A stretch of 64,000 nt of DNA. Source: an uncultured archaeon. GTDB taxonomy: Archaea > Asgardarchaeota > Heimdallarchaeia > Heimdallarchaeales > Kariarchaeaceae. Position numbers and translations under genes: made by a program. Of the stretch, positions 47,293 through 57,616 are shown piece by piece. The notes beneath the pieces were generated by a model. That model had not been told where the DNA came from. It was given only the letters and a program-made list of their open reading frames with translations, and ran no database searches. Each line of letters starts with the position of its first letter. The stretch's first letter is position 1. The DNA is taken from positions 1 to 64,000 of the forward strand of contig CAZYCQ010000009.1 of the NCBI GenBank assembly GCA_964645535.1. Direction: 5' to 3'.

Positions 47293-48501
47293 ATGCCGAT
47301 CGAAGATGAAGAGGACCTAGGGATCAACAACCAAGATACCTCTTATTTATTAAGTTATACTCGTCATCTAGAACGTCAAACAAGACGTCTGGAAAAGGAG
47401 AAGCAGGTTGTTGAGGGAGAACGCCTTCGCCTCCAAAGGGAGGTAAACAACATCCGAAGTGAATTGGAGAGGTTAAGATCCCCCCCTCTTTTTGCGGGTA
47501 CCTTGATCAAGTATCTAGGTGACAACAAGGCTCTTGTGAAATCAAGTACTGGCCCTCAATTGGTTGTAAATGTTAGTGCCAAAATTGACCCCGAAGAACT
47601 CCAACCCAATGTGACAGTCGCCATGAACCAACGTTCATTCGCAATTGTGGACGTTCTTCCCAAAAATCATGATCCAGTTATTCAAGCAATGGAGGTTGAA
47701 ACAAAGCCAAAGGAGACTTATGCTGATATTGGCGGTCTGACAGATCAAATCCAACAAATCCGTGAAGTAGTTGAACTTCCATTGAAAAAGCCTGAGCTTT
47801 TCGAAAAGGTTGGTGTTGTCCCTCCCAAAGGCATTCTTCTCTATGGCCCTCCTGGCACCGGAAAAACACTTCTTGCCAAGGCTGTAGCCCATGAAACGAA
47901 CGCCACCTTTATCCGGATTATTGCCTCGGAATTAGTTCAAAAATTCATTGGTGAAGGTGCTCGATTAGTTCGAGAAGTCTTTGAATTTGCCATTGAACAT
48001 TCTCCCAGTATCATTTTCATAGATGAATTGGACGCAATAGGTTCCAAGAGACTTGAAATTGCTACAAGTGGAGACCGAGAAGTTCAAAGAACGTTGATGC
48101 AGTTGCTCTCCAGCATGGATGGTTTCGAACCCCGTGGCAATGTTCGTGTCATTGCAGCTACAAATAGGCCAGATATCTTAGATTCTGCACTGTTGCGTCC
48201 CGGGCGTTTTGATAGACTTATTGAAGTTCCTCCTGCCGACAAGAAAGGAAGAAGAGAAATATTCCAAGTGCACCTTCGTGGATTGAATATTCCCGAAGAT
48301 CTTAATCTTGATTATCTGGTAAATGAATCTGAAGGCTTTTCAGGTGCAGAAATCCGTAATGTCTGCATAGAGGCTGGAATGTTTGCAATCAGAAACGACC
48401 GTGACTATATTACTATACACGATTTTCAGAAAGCGTTTGAGAAGATCAAATTTGAGCGTAGCAAAAATAGCACCCCTCAATTCGTTGAAAACTTTGCCTA
48501 A
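47293..48501 (+). CDS. pan: Proteasome-activating nucleotidase (AAA ATPase)
   Basis: N-terminal coiled coil + OB fold; GPPGTGKT, FIDELDAI, DREVQRTL, ATNR.D.LD.ALLRPGRFDR. Confidence 0.96.
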   Translation: MPIEDEEDLGINNQDTSYLLSYTRHLERQTRRLEKEKQVVEGERLRLQREVNNIRSELERLRSPPLFAGTLIKYLGDNKALVKSSTGPQLVVNVSAKIDPEELQPNVTVAMNQRSFAIVDVLPKNHDPVIQAMEVETKPKETYADIGGLTDQIQQIREVVELPLKKPELFEKVGVVPPKGILLYGPPGTGKTLLAKAVAHETNATFIRIIASELVQKFIGEGARLVREVFEFAIEHSPSIIFIDELDAIGSKRLEIATSGDREVQRTLMQLLSSMDGFEPRGNVRVIAATNRPDILDSALLRPGRFDRLIEVPPADKKGRREIFQVHLRGLNIPEDLNLDYLVNESEGFSGAEIRNVCIEAGMFAIRNDRDYITIHDFQKAFEKIKFERSKNSTPQFVENFA

Positions 48502-48592
48502 GACTAGCTGGCTATAACAATTAGAGGACAATTTAAGCACTCATTTTCGTTAAGAGGATTAAACTTAAACACAAACAAGAATACCATAAATC

Positions 48593-49483
48593 GTGAAAGA
48601 TTTTGTGGTTGATCATCTTCCGGGGTCTATTGTCCGCTTTTTCTCTAGACCGTATGTGGGGGGATATGGAATCGATGCTGCATTGAAGAAAGCAGAAGAG
48701 TTGTGGACAAATGAAAGAATCTCGACAACTCTTGATCTATTGGGTGAATTCGTCAAAACCAAAGAAGAAGTAGAGAACACTGTATCAATCTACAAAGATG
48801 TTTTTGACAGAATCAAGGACAAAAACGATCATATCTCTGTTTCCATTAAACTTTCTGCATTGGGAATTTTATTTGACCGAGAATACTGTGAATCAAAACT
48901 TGAAGAATTGCTGAAGGTTGCCGATGAACGTGGTATCAAGGTTACTATGGATATGGAGGATTCTTCCCTGACAGAAACCACGTTGGAAATCTATCGGAAA
49001 TTTGTCCAAACATATCCGTCTTTCGGTACTGTTCTTCAAAGCAGATTGTTTAGGACAAGGGAAGACATTGAACGATTTAAGGACATCAAGGGCCGTTTCC
49101 GTATCTGCATTGGAATTTACAATGAACCTCCTGATATCTCTCTGACAGATAAGAAAGAAATGAAGGAGAAGTTGCTCGAATATGCTAAGATGCTTTTGGA
49201 ATCTGGTCATTACACCGAAATTGCCACTCATGACAAAACAACAATTGAACGGGCAAAAGAGATCGTCAAAGATTATCCTCCCTCTCAGTTCGAGTTTCAG
49301 CAGCTCTTGGGTGTTCCCTTGCTTTCTGTGCAAAGGGAGCTTGTACGGTTGGGATACACTGTCAGACTTTATCTCCCGTTTGTGATCAACAAAAAAGATG
49401 CAACAGCCTATTTGAAAAGAAGAATGAAGGAAAATCCACACATGACCATTTATGTATTGAAAAACCTTCTAAGATTGAATTGA
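48593..49483 (+). CDS. Proline dehydrogenase (monofunctional)
   Basis: DLLGE, SIKLSALG, DMED, VLQ..L.R, ATHD, EFQ.L.G, R.Y.PF, Y..RR..ENP. Confidence 0.9.
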   Translation: MKDFVVDHLPGSIVRFFSRPYVGGYGIDAALKKAEELWTNERISTTLDLLGEFVKTKEEVENTVSIYKDVFDRIKDKNDHISVSIKLSALGILFDREYCESKLEELLKVADERGIKVTMDMEDSSLTETTLEIYRKFVQTYPSFGTVLQSRLFRTREDIERFKDIKGRFRICIGIYNEPPDISLTDKKEMKEKLLEYAKMLLESGHYTEIATHDKTTIERAKEIVKDYPPSQFEFQQLLGVPLLSVQRELVRLGYTVRLYLPFVINKKDATAYLKRRMKENPHMTIYVLKNLLRLN

Positions 49484-49487
49484 TTTT

Positions 49488-50879
49488 TTACTTTACAACA
49501 ACATTGATGTTCTCGAAGTCAATCTTTTCTCCTATCTTGAGAATGCCATACTTTCCATCATGTCCTGGAGGATCAAAAGAGAAATTTCCTCTCTTCACTT
49601 CAATAATTAACTCAATAAGCCTTTCTGGAATGTCCATGGCTCTAATTTGCTTTTCATCCAATATCCACAGAGCCACTTCGGTTCCAACATGGGAAATTAT
49701 CTGATAGTACAATGATTTTGATTTTTTGGATGTTATGGATTTTATGCCCAAGAAAAAAGCAATAATTTCTATCAGGGGAACCATGGTCACGAATTTTCTT
49801 TTGGTTGCAATTTCTGCCAGTTCACGAGTCTCTCCTTGCTGACGTGCGATTTCATATGACCTGTTCAGAACTCCCTTTGTCAGTTGTTTTCCACAGATTG
49901 GACAGATATTCCCCCTTGGGGTAAATTTTGGTGAAAAGTAACAATACTGACCTTTCAGATGTAGATATGGATGTTTCCGATTGTCCCGATGACCAGAAAG
50001 GAAATACCTCCCCTCTGTCGGATCAAACTCTCCAGTAAACTCAATGGAATTTTTTCTGATAGCTTCAGTCAAAGCACCAAAACTTAATCTTGAAGTTCTA
50101 ATGGTGGTGAATTCCCTTCCGATTTTGTTCAATCCTGAAGAGTGTGCATCTGCATTGGAGATAAAGGTCTTGGATCTTAATTCAGGAATAAAATCCAGGA
50201 TCAATGGGTCTGCACTCAATCCCGTTTCGATTGCATGGATCCGTTCTGTAGATTCCCCAAAAAATTCTGAAAGGAAATTGACACCGTTATTCCCTCCATA
50301 AACGCCTTCAGGTGTCATTACATGTGCCGGTATCAGTTCCACCATTTCATCAATGTCCAAAATCGCATTTACCCTTTCTCCAACCTGCTCACTGTTTTCA
50401 CATACCACAAAAGGTCTTGCCATGTTCTGATGTTTTGTTTCCCATTTCTCAAGAAGCAGGACGAACTGATCTACCGTTTCGAATGTCGGAAAGAGAATCA
50501 ATGCATGAGCTTTTTTTCTCCCTTTCCCATTTTTTGGAGGTGCAGTCAAAATGATTTCCGTCTGAAGAACATATTTTGGTCTTTCATAATCTTTCCAGTT
50601 CCAATCGACCTTCATTTCATTGATATGTTTCACTATTTCACTTTCAGAAATGGCGAATTCAAACAATCCATCATCTGTTTCATCTAGGTGTTTTTTCAAA
50701 AATGCATTCCATGGATCGAATTGACAATCTCCTGTACCCAGGATATTAATCCCCTTCAAAGGGGAAAAAACAGCAGCATCGAGGAACCTTTTGAATATCC
50801 TTTTCTCTTTTTCCTTTTCTCCTACTCCTGCCCCTCCTGCATAACCGGAATGTGTATGTAAATCGAATGTGAGGTTCAC
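49488..50879 (-). CDS. Endonuclease Q family protein (PHP domain + zinc finger)
   Basis: DLHTHS, KG..LGTGD, PAH..TP, ETGLSAD, NADAHS...IGRE, G.Y...GHR, CPICG..L.KGV, PG.DG.YG. Confidence 0.9.
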   Translation of the reverse strand: MNLTFDLHTHSGYAGGAGVGEKEKEKRIFKRFLDAAVFSPLKGINILGTGDCQFDPWNAFLKKHLDETDDGLFEFAISESEIVKHINEMKVDWNWKDYERPKYVLQTEIILTAPPKNGKGRKKAHALILFPTFETVDQFVLLLEKWETKHQNMARPFVVCENSEQVGERVNAILDIDEMVELIPAHVMTPEGVYGGNNGVNFLSEFFGESTERIHAIETGLSADPLILDFIPELRSKTFISNADAHSSGLNKIGREFTTIRTSRLSFGALTEAIRKNSIEFTGEFDPTEGRYFLSGHRDNRKHPYLHLKGQYCYFSPKFTPRGNICPICGKQLTKGVLNRSYEIARQQGETRELAEIATKRKFVTMVPLIEIIAFFLGIKSITSKKSKSLYYQIISHVGTEVALWILDEKQIRAMDIPERLIELIIEVKRGNFSFDPPGHDGKYGILKIGEKIDFENINVVVK

Positions 50880-50928
50880 AAGCAGTCAATTCTTGGTTAG
50901 GTTAAGAAGTTGATTTTGCCAACCTATT

Positions 50929-51309
50929 TTATCCACAGCATCCTGCATCCCCACTGCAACTTCCACATGCTGCACCAGCCGCGGCAGCAAGTAAATCTGC
51001 ATTGGGACTGCTGATTGAAAATCCGGATTTTTCGCCTTCTGTGTAGGACACTGAAGCGCCCTTCAAGTATGGGAATGATATGTGGTCAATCACCACTTCA
51101 ATCCCTGATTCATGGATTTCATGATGGTCATCCGAATTTTTGCGGGTATCAAGTGCCATTCCAAAAGAAAGACCTGCTCCACTTGGTTGGACAAATAACC
51201 TCAAATATAGGTTTTTGTTTTCCTGTTGGGCGATTACCTGTTTTATCATTTCAACAGCCTTATCGCTTATTGTAACACCTGGTTTTTCAAGTACTTCCAA
51301 ATCAGACAT
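50929..51309 (-). CDS. HesB/IscA-like iron-sulfur cluster carrier with atypical Cys pattern
   Basis: ISDKA...I, LRL.V, GL.F.M.LD, V.ID..S..YL.G..V.Y, GF.I..PNA; C-terminal CGSC...CCG. Confidence 0.8.
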   Translation of the reverse strand: MSDLEVLEKPGVTISDKAVEMIKQVIAQQENKNLYLRLFVQPSGAGLSFGMALDTRKNSDDHHEIHESGIEVVIDHISFPYLKGASVSYTEGEKSGFSISSPNADLLAAAAGAACGSCSGDAGCCG

Positions 51310-51438
51310 CTAATTACCTTTGCATTATTAAAGTTAAAAAACACATCGATAGCCGAAATTATTGTATCCCTTTCTCTCTTCTATTCATTACAATTGGGAT
51401 GGCAACAGTTAAATTAAAAATAAGGCTAATAAAGTTAG

Positions 51439-52557
51439 ATGAGTGAAAAAGACCTTTTTGCGGATCTGAAACATTCACTTGAGCATGCAAAAGATACTAT
51501 TCTTGATGTTGAGCATCAACGACAAATTAGATTGAGCATGGTCATTACCGATGGAAGAGATGACTTCTTGGTACGATATGAGGAAATGGATCGATTGGCG
51601 GAAAAACTGAAATCTGAAGTTGTGCGGGTTTATCTATACGAACTCGAATCAACTTTATTGAAAGACATCATATCCCACACAAATGAAATTGAAGAATCCC
51701 CAGAATCTTTAGAAAAAAAGGAACAACAAATCATTCAGGCACTACAGGATCATTCTGCAAAAATCAAGGAACTAAAGCAACAAAACTCATTAATTCTTTT
51801 GGAAGATGGATTCAAGAACCTACTGTTTAGAATCAAGGATGTTCGAAAGAAGGATGTTGATGTGGAAACTTTAGAAAAAGAAGATATTTTTGCGCTCACC
51901 GATTTCTTCCTTGAAGATTACAGCAACCGGGAAGATAAGCTCTCAACTGCCCTAAAAACATTGATCAAAGAAAAGGATCCCCAATTGATATACTGCAAAC
52001 CCCCATTACTTCGAAACAGAGATGGCAATGAAACGGATCCATTTGGAAAATTGGAAAAATCAATTCTCTCATCAAAATCGGATGGATCTTGGGTATATTT
52101 TGAAGGAAACAAACCATTAAAAGAAATCCAAAAAGTTGCTTGCCTGATTTTTGGGGGACAGGATGAGGTTGCCCTTTTAAGGAATGCACAAGCCCTTCTT
52201 AGTGTATTCAATAACCCATCCTCCACTCTTGAAATCCATTTCATCGGCCTAGTACCCCAAAAACAATTGAAGATGGCCATGATGGTTTCAGAAGCGGATG
52301 AGAATGAAGTTAGAAAGAAAATCGAGATCAAAATGAAAGACCAATTCAGAAGATTACGTATACAAGGAAAGGTTCCTGAAATCTCAATCAAATTTGGAGA
52401 AATAGAAGAAGACCTCCTCAAAATCATGCGTGAAAAAGAGGTCGAGATGGTTTTTGTCTACCCCAAAGTCACATCTGAGGACAGTTATGACGAGAATGCA
52501 GCAGATGCAACCAAAATTTTGCTATCTGAAGGAATCTCGCTCTTCCTCACTTACTAG
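51439..52557 (+). CDS. Hypothetical protein with probable universal-stress-protein-like domains
   Basis: C-terminal G.I...L..I..E..V.MV...A..IL....I.L.L USP-like pattern; coupled to the downstream transporter. Confidence 0.45.
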   Translation: MSEKDLFADLKHSLEHAKDTILDVEHQRQIRLSMVITDGRDDFLVRYEEMDRLAEKLKSEVVRVYLYELESTLLKDIISHTNEIEESPESLEKKEQQIIQALQDHSAKIKELKQQNSLILLEDGFKNLLFRIKDVRKKDVDVETLEKEDIFALTDFFLEDYSNREDKLSTALKTLIKEKDPQLIYCKPPLLRNRDGNETDPFGKLEKSILSSKSDGSWVYFEGNKPLKEIQKVACLIFGGQDEVALLRNAQALLSVFNNPSSTLEIHFIGLVPQKQLKMAMMVSEADENEVRKKIEIKMKDQFRRLRIQGKVPEISIKFGEIEEDLLKIMREKEVEMVFVYPKVTSEDSYDENAADATKILLSEGISLFLTY

Positions 52558-52559
52558 GG

Positions 52560-53915
52560 GTGATGACCATGAGTACAGAGGAGCTCAATTATTTCAACAT
52601 AGTCGTCATGCTTGTCATCTTTGTCATCACATATTACCTGATAATCAAAAAGTCCTTTGACAAAAATATAGCTGCTGCTTTAGGTGCTCTTACCGCTCTT
52701 GTTGCAGGAGAGATTCTGTCTGCTTTTGATCAAGAGGAATTTCTTGCGGTGGATCTTGGTCATGATTATCTGATATTGGCAATCCTTTTGGGAAACCTGT
52801 TGATGGTTGTTGTAGCTTCCGAAGTGGGTCTTTTCCAATTCATTTCCATTAAATTGCTGAAAGCAACCAAAGGAGACCCTCGATATCTTTATTTTTCTTT
52901 GGGTACACTTACTCTTCTTTTGTCATCGCTTGTCAATACCATCCCTGCAATTCTTGTTGTAGGGGCGTTGACCATCGTGGCATGTTCTGAACTTAATTAC
53001 AACCCTCGTCCTTTTATCCTGATGGAGATCGTCGTTACAAATACCGGTGGATTGACCACTTTGATCTCTGCAATAACCAACCTGATAATTGCAATTCCCT
53101 TTGGAATTGCCTTTATTAGGTTCACAGTAATTGCAGGACCTCTTGCAATGATATTGTTTGTTATCAGCATGGTGTTCATGTATTATGCCGTCCCCATAGA
53201 GAAAGGAATGGATCCGAAAAAACGTATGGAGAAAATCAATTCATTCAACGAATGGAGTGTAATCGATGATAAGGTAAAATTCTATAAAACCTCTGCCGTG
53301 TTTGCTCTTTCCATGTTGATGTTACTCCTTTCGGATACCATTGGCTTTAGCATCGCTGTGATTTCTGTCGGTGGTGGCTTGCTTATGATGTATGCCTCTG
53401 GGAAAAAATTCGAGCAGGTGCTTCCAAAGGTAGATTGGACATTACTGACATTCTTTGCGTCTCTTTTTGTGCTGATCAAAGTATTGGAAATTGTCGGTGT
53501 TCTTCGGATCTTGGCGGAAGTTCTTGTTTTTTTCCTTGGATCCAACAATTTGATTGCAAGTTTGATTCTCCTCTTATTCAGTACCATAATTAGTGGGGTT
53601 CTAGATAATGTGGTTTTGGCAGTGACTCTAACTCCAATTATCCAAGACATTGCCGCTACTACTTCGCTTGATGCAGGTCCATTGGTTTGGGCCTTGATTA
53701 TAGGCACGAACCTTGGCGGTGGGTTGACACCAATTGGAGCTCCTCCCTGTGTTTTAGGTTTGGGAATACTGCAACGTGAAACAGGACAAAAGGTCGGTTG
53801 GGGTGAATTTTTCAAGACTGTGGGAATGGCCACCATTATCAGATTGGTTGTTGCAGCAATTTATCTTGCCATCCTAGTCTTTTTGGTTGACCCTCATTTT
53901 CTTTCTCCTGTTTAA
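52560..53915 (+). CDS. ArsB/NhaD/SLC13-family (CitMHS-like) permease
   Basis: GLF..I...LL, TNTGG..T.I....N, VDW..L.FF..LF, S...DN, GTNLGG..TPIG. Confidence 0.88.
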   Translation: MMTMSTEELNYFNIVVMLVIFVITYYLIIKKSFDKNIAAALGALTALVAGEILSAFDQEEFLAVDLGHDYLILAILLGNLLMVVVASEVGLFQFISIKLLKATKGDPRYLYFSLGTLTLLLSSLVNTIPAILVVGALTIVACSELNYNPRPFILMEIVVTNTGGLTTLISAITNLIIAIPFGIAFIRFTVIAGPLAMILFVISMVFMYYAVPIEKGMDPKKRMEKINSFNEWSVIDDKVKFYKTSAVFALSMLMLLLSDTIGFSIAVISVGGGLLMMYASGKKFEQVLPKVDWTLLTFFASLFVLIKVLEIVGVLRILAEVLVFFLGSNNLIASLILLLFSTIISGVLDNVVLAVTLTPIIQDIAATTSLDAGPLVWALIIGTNLGGGLTPIGAPPCVLGLGILQRETGQKVGWGEFFKTVGMATIIRLVVAAIYLAILVFLVDPHFLSPV

Positions 53916-53959
53916 GTATTCGTCTAATCATTTTTGAACTCAAAAAAAATCCCTGATTC

Positions 53960-54550
53960 ATGGCTTGGTATGATGATTGGTTTTTTGAAATTGTCCATGC
54001 TCTGAATCTTCATAAACCCCCTCTCTCCTCAATCTTTCTCATTTTTGTTTCCATATTCATCAGCTTTTTCTCTGCTGGGGTCACAAGACTCCTCATCAAC
54101 ACAAAGGAATTGAATCGCCTTCAAACATTACTGAAGGAATTCAATGAACGAAAATCAAAGGCAATTCGAGAAAAAGACCCCAAACTCTGGATATCTGTCA
54201 AATACCATGAGGCAGATATGACAGAGGTACAGCAATCAATGATGATGAAACAGATCATTCCTCAGATCATCATTTCAGTGACATTTATCGTATTCTTCGG
54301 TATACTTCGTCGATCAATGGGTGATCCCTCTCTCAATCTAACTCCTGATAGAGGAGGAATTGTAGCGATTTTGCCATTTAGAATCCCCTCCTCAATCCCT
54401 TTAATCGGTGGATGGTTCAGTCAATATGCAAATGATCCAAATCTAAGTGCGGCTGGATTTGGTTTTTGGTATTTCCTCAGTGCTATTTTTACATCTTTTC
54501 TTCTCACAAGAATCTTCGGCATCAATCCAAGACGACAAATGGGAATGTAA
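53960..54550 (+). CDS. EMC3/TMCO1 (DUF106, Oxa1 superfamily) membrane insertase
   Basis: TM1, cytoplasmic coiled coil ending Q..MM.Q, TM2, LPF.IP, G...WYFL.....R.FG. Confidence 0.85.
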   Translation: MAWYDDWFFEIVHALNLHKPPLSSIFLIFVSIFISFFSAGVTRLLINTKELNRLQTLLKEFNERKSKAIREKDPKLWISVKYHEADMTEVQQSMMMKQIIPQIIISVTFIVFFGILRRSMGDPSLNLTPDRGGIVAILPFRIPSSIPLIGGWFSQYANDPNLSAAGFGFWYFLSAIFTSFLLTRIFGINPRRQMGM

Positions 54551-54682
54551 TCCTGGTTTCCAAAATGTTTAAACACGTTAATTTTTATCAATACCGCTTT
54601 AACTGATCTCAAAAAACTTCTTTTCCATTTCTATTCTGACTTTTTATTTAATGTGTAATCTTTTTTTCCTAATTTTCAAAAC

Positions 54683-55969
54683 ATGATCGAAATATTTTTA
54701 TTTTTTTTTTCGTACTCCTTTATGCAACTTCGAGTTGTAAATCTATCATTGTTGATCATAATGCTTTTCGCACCCCAATTCTTTCTGAATATATCGACCA
54801 TCCTTTCTGTTCCTTCAGGAAGTGAAGTCCTAGGTTACGTTGGAACTGCCGCAAATTCACAAACAGTGCTGTCTTGCAATGACGAAGCTCTTGTGTTTGT
54901 TGAATGTCAAGGTTGGCAACTGCACATTCCTTCTGATTATGATTATAGAGGAACAGTTGTAGTTATAGATGATGGTCTTTCGATTGATCAATGGAAAAAA
55001 TTGGAAAATGGATATTTTGGTTTCCAAGTCGACATTGTTAGGTATGTGACCCCTGATGTAAATGGATTTCCAATTTCCTTTGGGGATTATGGGGATGATT
55101 CTTTGACTGGATTGGACAACAGCGATCTTGGTTATTTCTCACCTAACGGAGTTGGTCAGGATCACGGATTTGCAGTTATTAGTGCATTAGCTACAATTGT
55201 TCCAAATGTAAAGATAATTTTTGTTAATGCACAAATCCGTTATGGTGAAATTGTTGGAGAAGGATTTCAAATAGATCGGGATGTAGGAATCTGGACTTGG
55301 TTAAGAGACAATGCCAATGTTTTTGACATTGATGTTATTACTATATCTTTGAATTCTGGGACTTCAAATGCCGTGGTTTCCTCAAGAATTGAGGATCTTT
55401 ATGCTAAGGGTATTTTCATGATTTCATCTATTGGCAACGAAGGCATATATCAAGGGAATGTTTTTCCTCAATCCCATTCCAAAATCTATGCTGTAGGTTC
55501 AGTAGATCACGAAGATAGAGGAACTACTTCGGATCCGGACAAATATTCAAAAGAAGGTTTCTATTCCGGTTTTGCGGTTTCTTCTGATCTTTATTCGTCC
55601 TATGGAGGACCATATGCCTCCCGTGCTGATTCACTTGATTTTACAATGCCCGGCAACGGAGTTCCTATTGTCAGTTACAATCAAAATCAATGGGTATATG
55701 GTGTAGGAACAAGTTTTAGTGCTCCCTACCTTGCAGCAGCTGCCCTGATTGCTGTGTATGCATATAATCAAGGGTATCTGTCTGCTGGAGGTGTATTTTC
55801 AGATCCTTCAGCCGCTACTATTTATTCAATTCTTAAATCGGTTTCATCCCAAAATCGATATGATTCAAACAACGGTTGGGGGTATGTTACGTTTTTATCT
55901 GTCTATAACCAAGCTTATTCTGAAGGATACGGCAGCATCACCTGTGGTTCTTCATTTTGCTTATTTTAG
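54683..55969 (+). CDS. Secreted S8 (subtilisin-like) serine peptidase
   Basis: VVVIDDG (Asp), DHG (His), SIGNEG (oxyanion Asn), GTSFSAP (Ser); start may lie at 54722 or later. Confidence 0.85.
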   Translation: MIEIFLFFFSYSFMQLRVVNLSLLIIMLFAPQFFLNISTILSVPSGSEVLGYVGTAANSQTVLSCNDEALVFVECQGWQLHIPSDYDYRGTVVVIDDGLSIDQWKKLENGYFGFQVDIVRYVTPDVNGFPISFGDYGDDSLTGLDNSDLGYFSPNGVGQDHGFAVISALATIVPNVKIIFVNAQIRYGEIVGEGFQIDRDVGIWTWLRDNANVFDIDVITISLNSGTSNAVVSSRIEDLYAKGIFMISSIGNEGIYQGNVFPQSHSKIYAVGSVDHEDRGTTSDPDKYSKEGFYSGFAVSSDLYSSYGGPYASRADSLDFTMPGNGVPIVSYNQNQWVYGVGTSFSAPYLAAAALIAVYAYNQGYLSAGGVFSDPSAATIYSILKSVSSQNRYDSNNGWGYVTFLSVYNQAYSEGYGSITCGSSFCLF

Positions 55970-55980
55970 GAGGAAAGCGC

Positions 55981-56790
55981 ATGAGGTCAAAACTATATTT
56001 TTCAATCATTTTGCTAATATCCCTTCTTACAGGGTCTGCTTTTGCATCAAATCATTATATCAACACCTATGAATTTACTTTGGCAGATCAAGGATATGCT
56101 GAATTAATATACCGTGCAGAGATACTTTTCCCTGAATCATCATTTTGCGAATATTTGTCAATAAATTTAAAAAATACAACCAATTTCCCTGTTGATGTTT
56201 CATATAATGATTTTGTCATGGTTATTCTTTATGACGAAAATAGCATTCCCTATGAAAATGCTGACTATTATGAAAATAGAACCGACGCATTGGTATTTCG
56301 TCATCGATCATATTTCAATATAACTTACGAAGGTGTTGAACCTGATCAAAAAGAAACTATCTTTATTTCACCAAATATTGAAGGGGGTATTCCTTTTCCT
56401 TATTCCCTACTTCCAAACGGATCAATTCCCTATTATGGTCTCTGGAGATACAGATCTGGACTGCTAAATAATGCTGCAAATAGGGATTATGTCAATTCCA
56501 ATGTCTCACTGTATCCTACATGTATCGAAAATATCGAAGAAAATCCTTATGGACAATTCAACTCTGTAAATGATGATCCATTTACCTTTAAAATTGTATT
56601 GTATTACTTAAATTCTCCTTCCGTCAATGTCAATCTAGAAATCCATCATACTGCATATGGTGTTACAGCAGAGACATCCACTCCTACCTCTACGATTGAT
56701 GGACTTCCAATTCTTTTTGACACAGTCTTCCTTCTCTATTTCCCAGCACTTGTCTTGACAAAAAGAAAATTTGCCAATGAAAAGAGATAG
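55981..56790 (+). CDS. Secreted protein with C-terminal sorting-type tail
   Basis: AGGAGG SD; MRSKLYFSIILLISLLTGSAFA; tail STPTST-GLPI-hydrophobic-KRK. Confidence 0.75.
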   Translation: MRSKLYFSIILLISLLTGSAFASNHYINTYEFTLADQGYAELIYRAEILFPESSFCEYLSINLKNTTNFPVDVSYNDFVMVILYDENSIPYENADYYENRTDALVFRHRSYFNITYEGVEPDQKETIFISPNIEGGIPFPYSLLPNGSIPYYGLWRYRSGLLNNAANRDYVNSNVSLYPTCIENIEENPYGQFNSVNDDPFTFKIVLYYLNSPSVNVNLEIHHTAYGVTAETSTPTSTIDGLPILFDTVFLLYFPALVLTKRKFANEKR

Positions 56791-56846
56791 ATAGATTCTT
56801 CTGAAAAAATATCTTATTTGCCTAAAAGATTATAAACAATAAAATC

Positions 56847-57584
56847 ATGATTGAATACCTAATGGAAATTGTCCTTCAGTCACATTTCGTGAAGACGTCG
56901 AGTGGTGAATTCCATTTCAAAACTTTTGAAGACCTTGATGAGACAAAACCCTATGCCATTTTTATACATGGTGCACACAGGCAACTTCAAAATGCACTTT
57001 ATTGGCAACCTCTTGCAGGCCGGATCAAGGAATCATTTAACCCCTTTTTTGTGGATCTGCTAGGACATGGTGAATCAGAATTTCATGATTCTCCCAATCG
57101 CATTTCTCCCGAGCAGCAAATTATCGGTCTTTTGGAACTTATCATGCATCTTCAAACAACATATACTGTCGGCGCATTGACTTTGGTGGGTCGATCATAT
57201 GGTGGTTACATTGCCATGAAAATTGCAGATGAGCTTCCCCATCGTATTAATGGACTTTTTCTGATCGCCCCGGCCGTCAATAGTGAAATCATTGCACTTT
57301 TGAATGGATGGAAAAATCCAGTTTCAGTATTTTGGGATTCCAAGGATCCTGTGGTGAATATCAGCAATTTCAGCTATATCCTGTCAGCACTTCCCCAAGC
57401 AAAATTATATGCTATTGGTTCCCCAGCTTCTTTCAATACCTTCTCAAAGTATAAGGTCTATGAGCGTCCTGATGTTGCCGGTACGCATATTCCTGAACGT
57501 GAATTTCCAGATTATTTCTTTGATGCGTTAGAAGAGTTCAAAGATGATGTTCTTGAAAATTTGCTTGCAAGCAAACCTCAATGA
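56847..57584 (+). CDS. Alpha/beta hydrolase
   Basis: FIHG, DLLGHGES, GRSYGG nucleophile elbow, D.V and terminal H. Confidence 0.85.
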   Translation: MIEYLMEIVLQSHFVKTSSGEFHFKTFEDLDETKPYAIFIHGAHRQLQNALYWQPLAGRIKESFNPFFVDLLGHGESEFHDSPNRISPEQQIIGLLELIMHLQTTYTVGALTLVGRSYGGYIAMKIADELPHRINGLFLIAPAVNSEIIALLNGWKNPVSVFWDSKDPVVNISNFSYILSALPQAKLYAIGSPASFNTFSKYKVYERPDVAGTHIPEREFPDYFFDALEEFKDDVLENLLASKPQ

Positions 57585-57616
57585 TCTTTTTTGCGTATAA
57601 CGCAGGTTAAGTGCAA

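Noticed and set aside
50929-50945. C-terminal CCG (IscA-like) or CLF (subtilase) as prenylation signals
   Set aside because: CCG is better explained as metal ligands; CLF does not fit CaaX spacing and is on a secreted protein.
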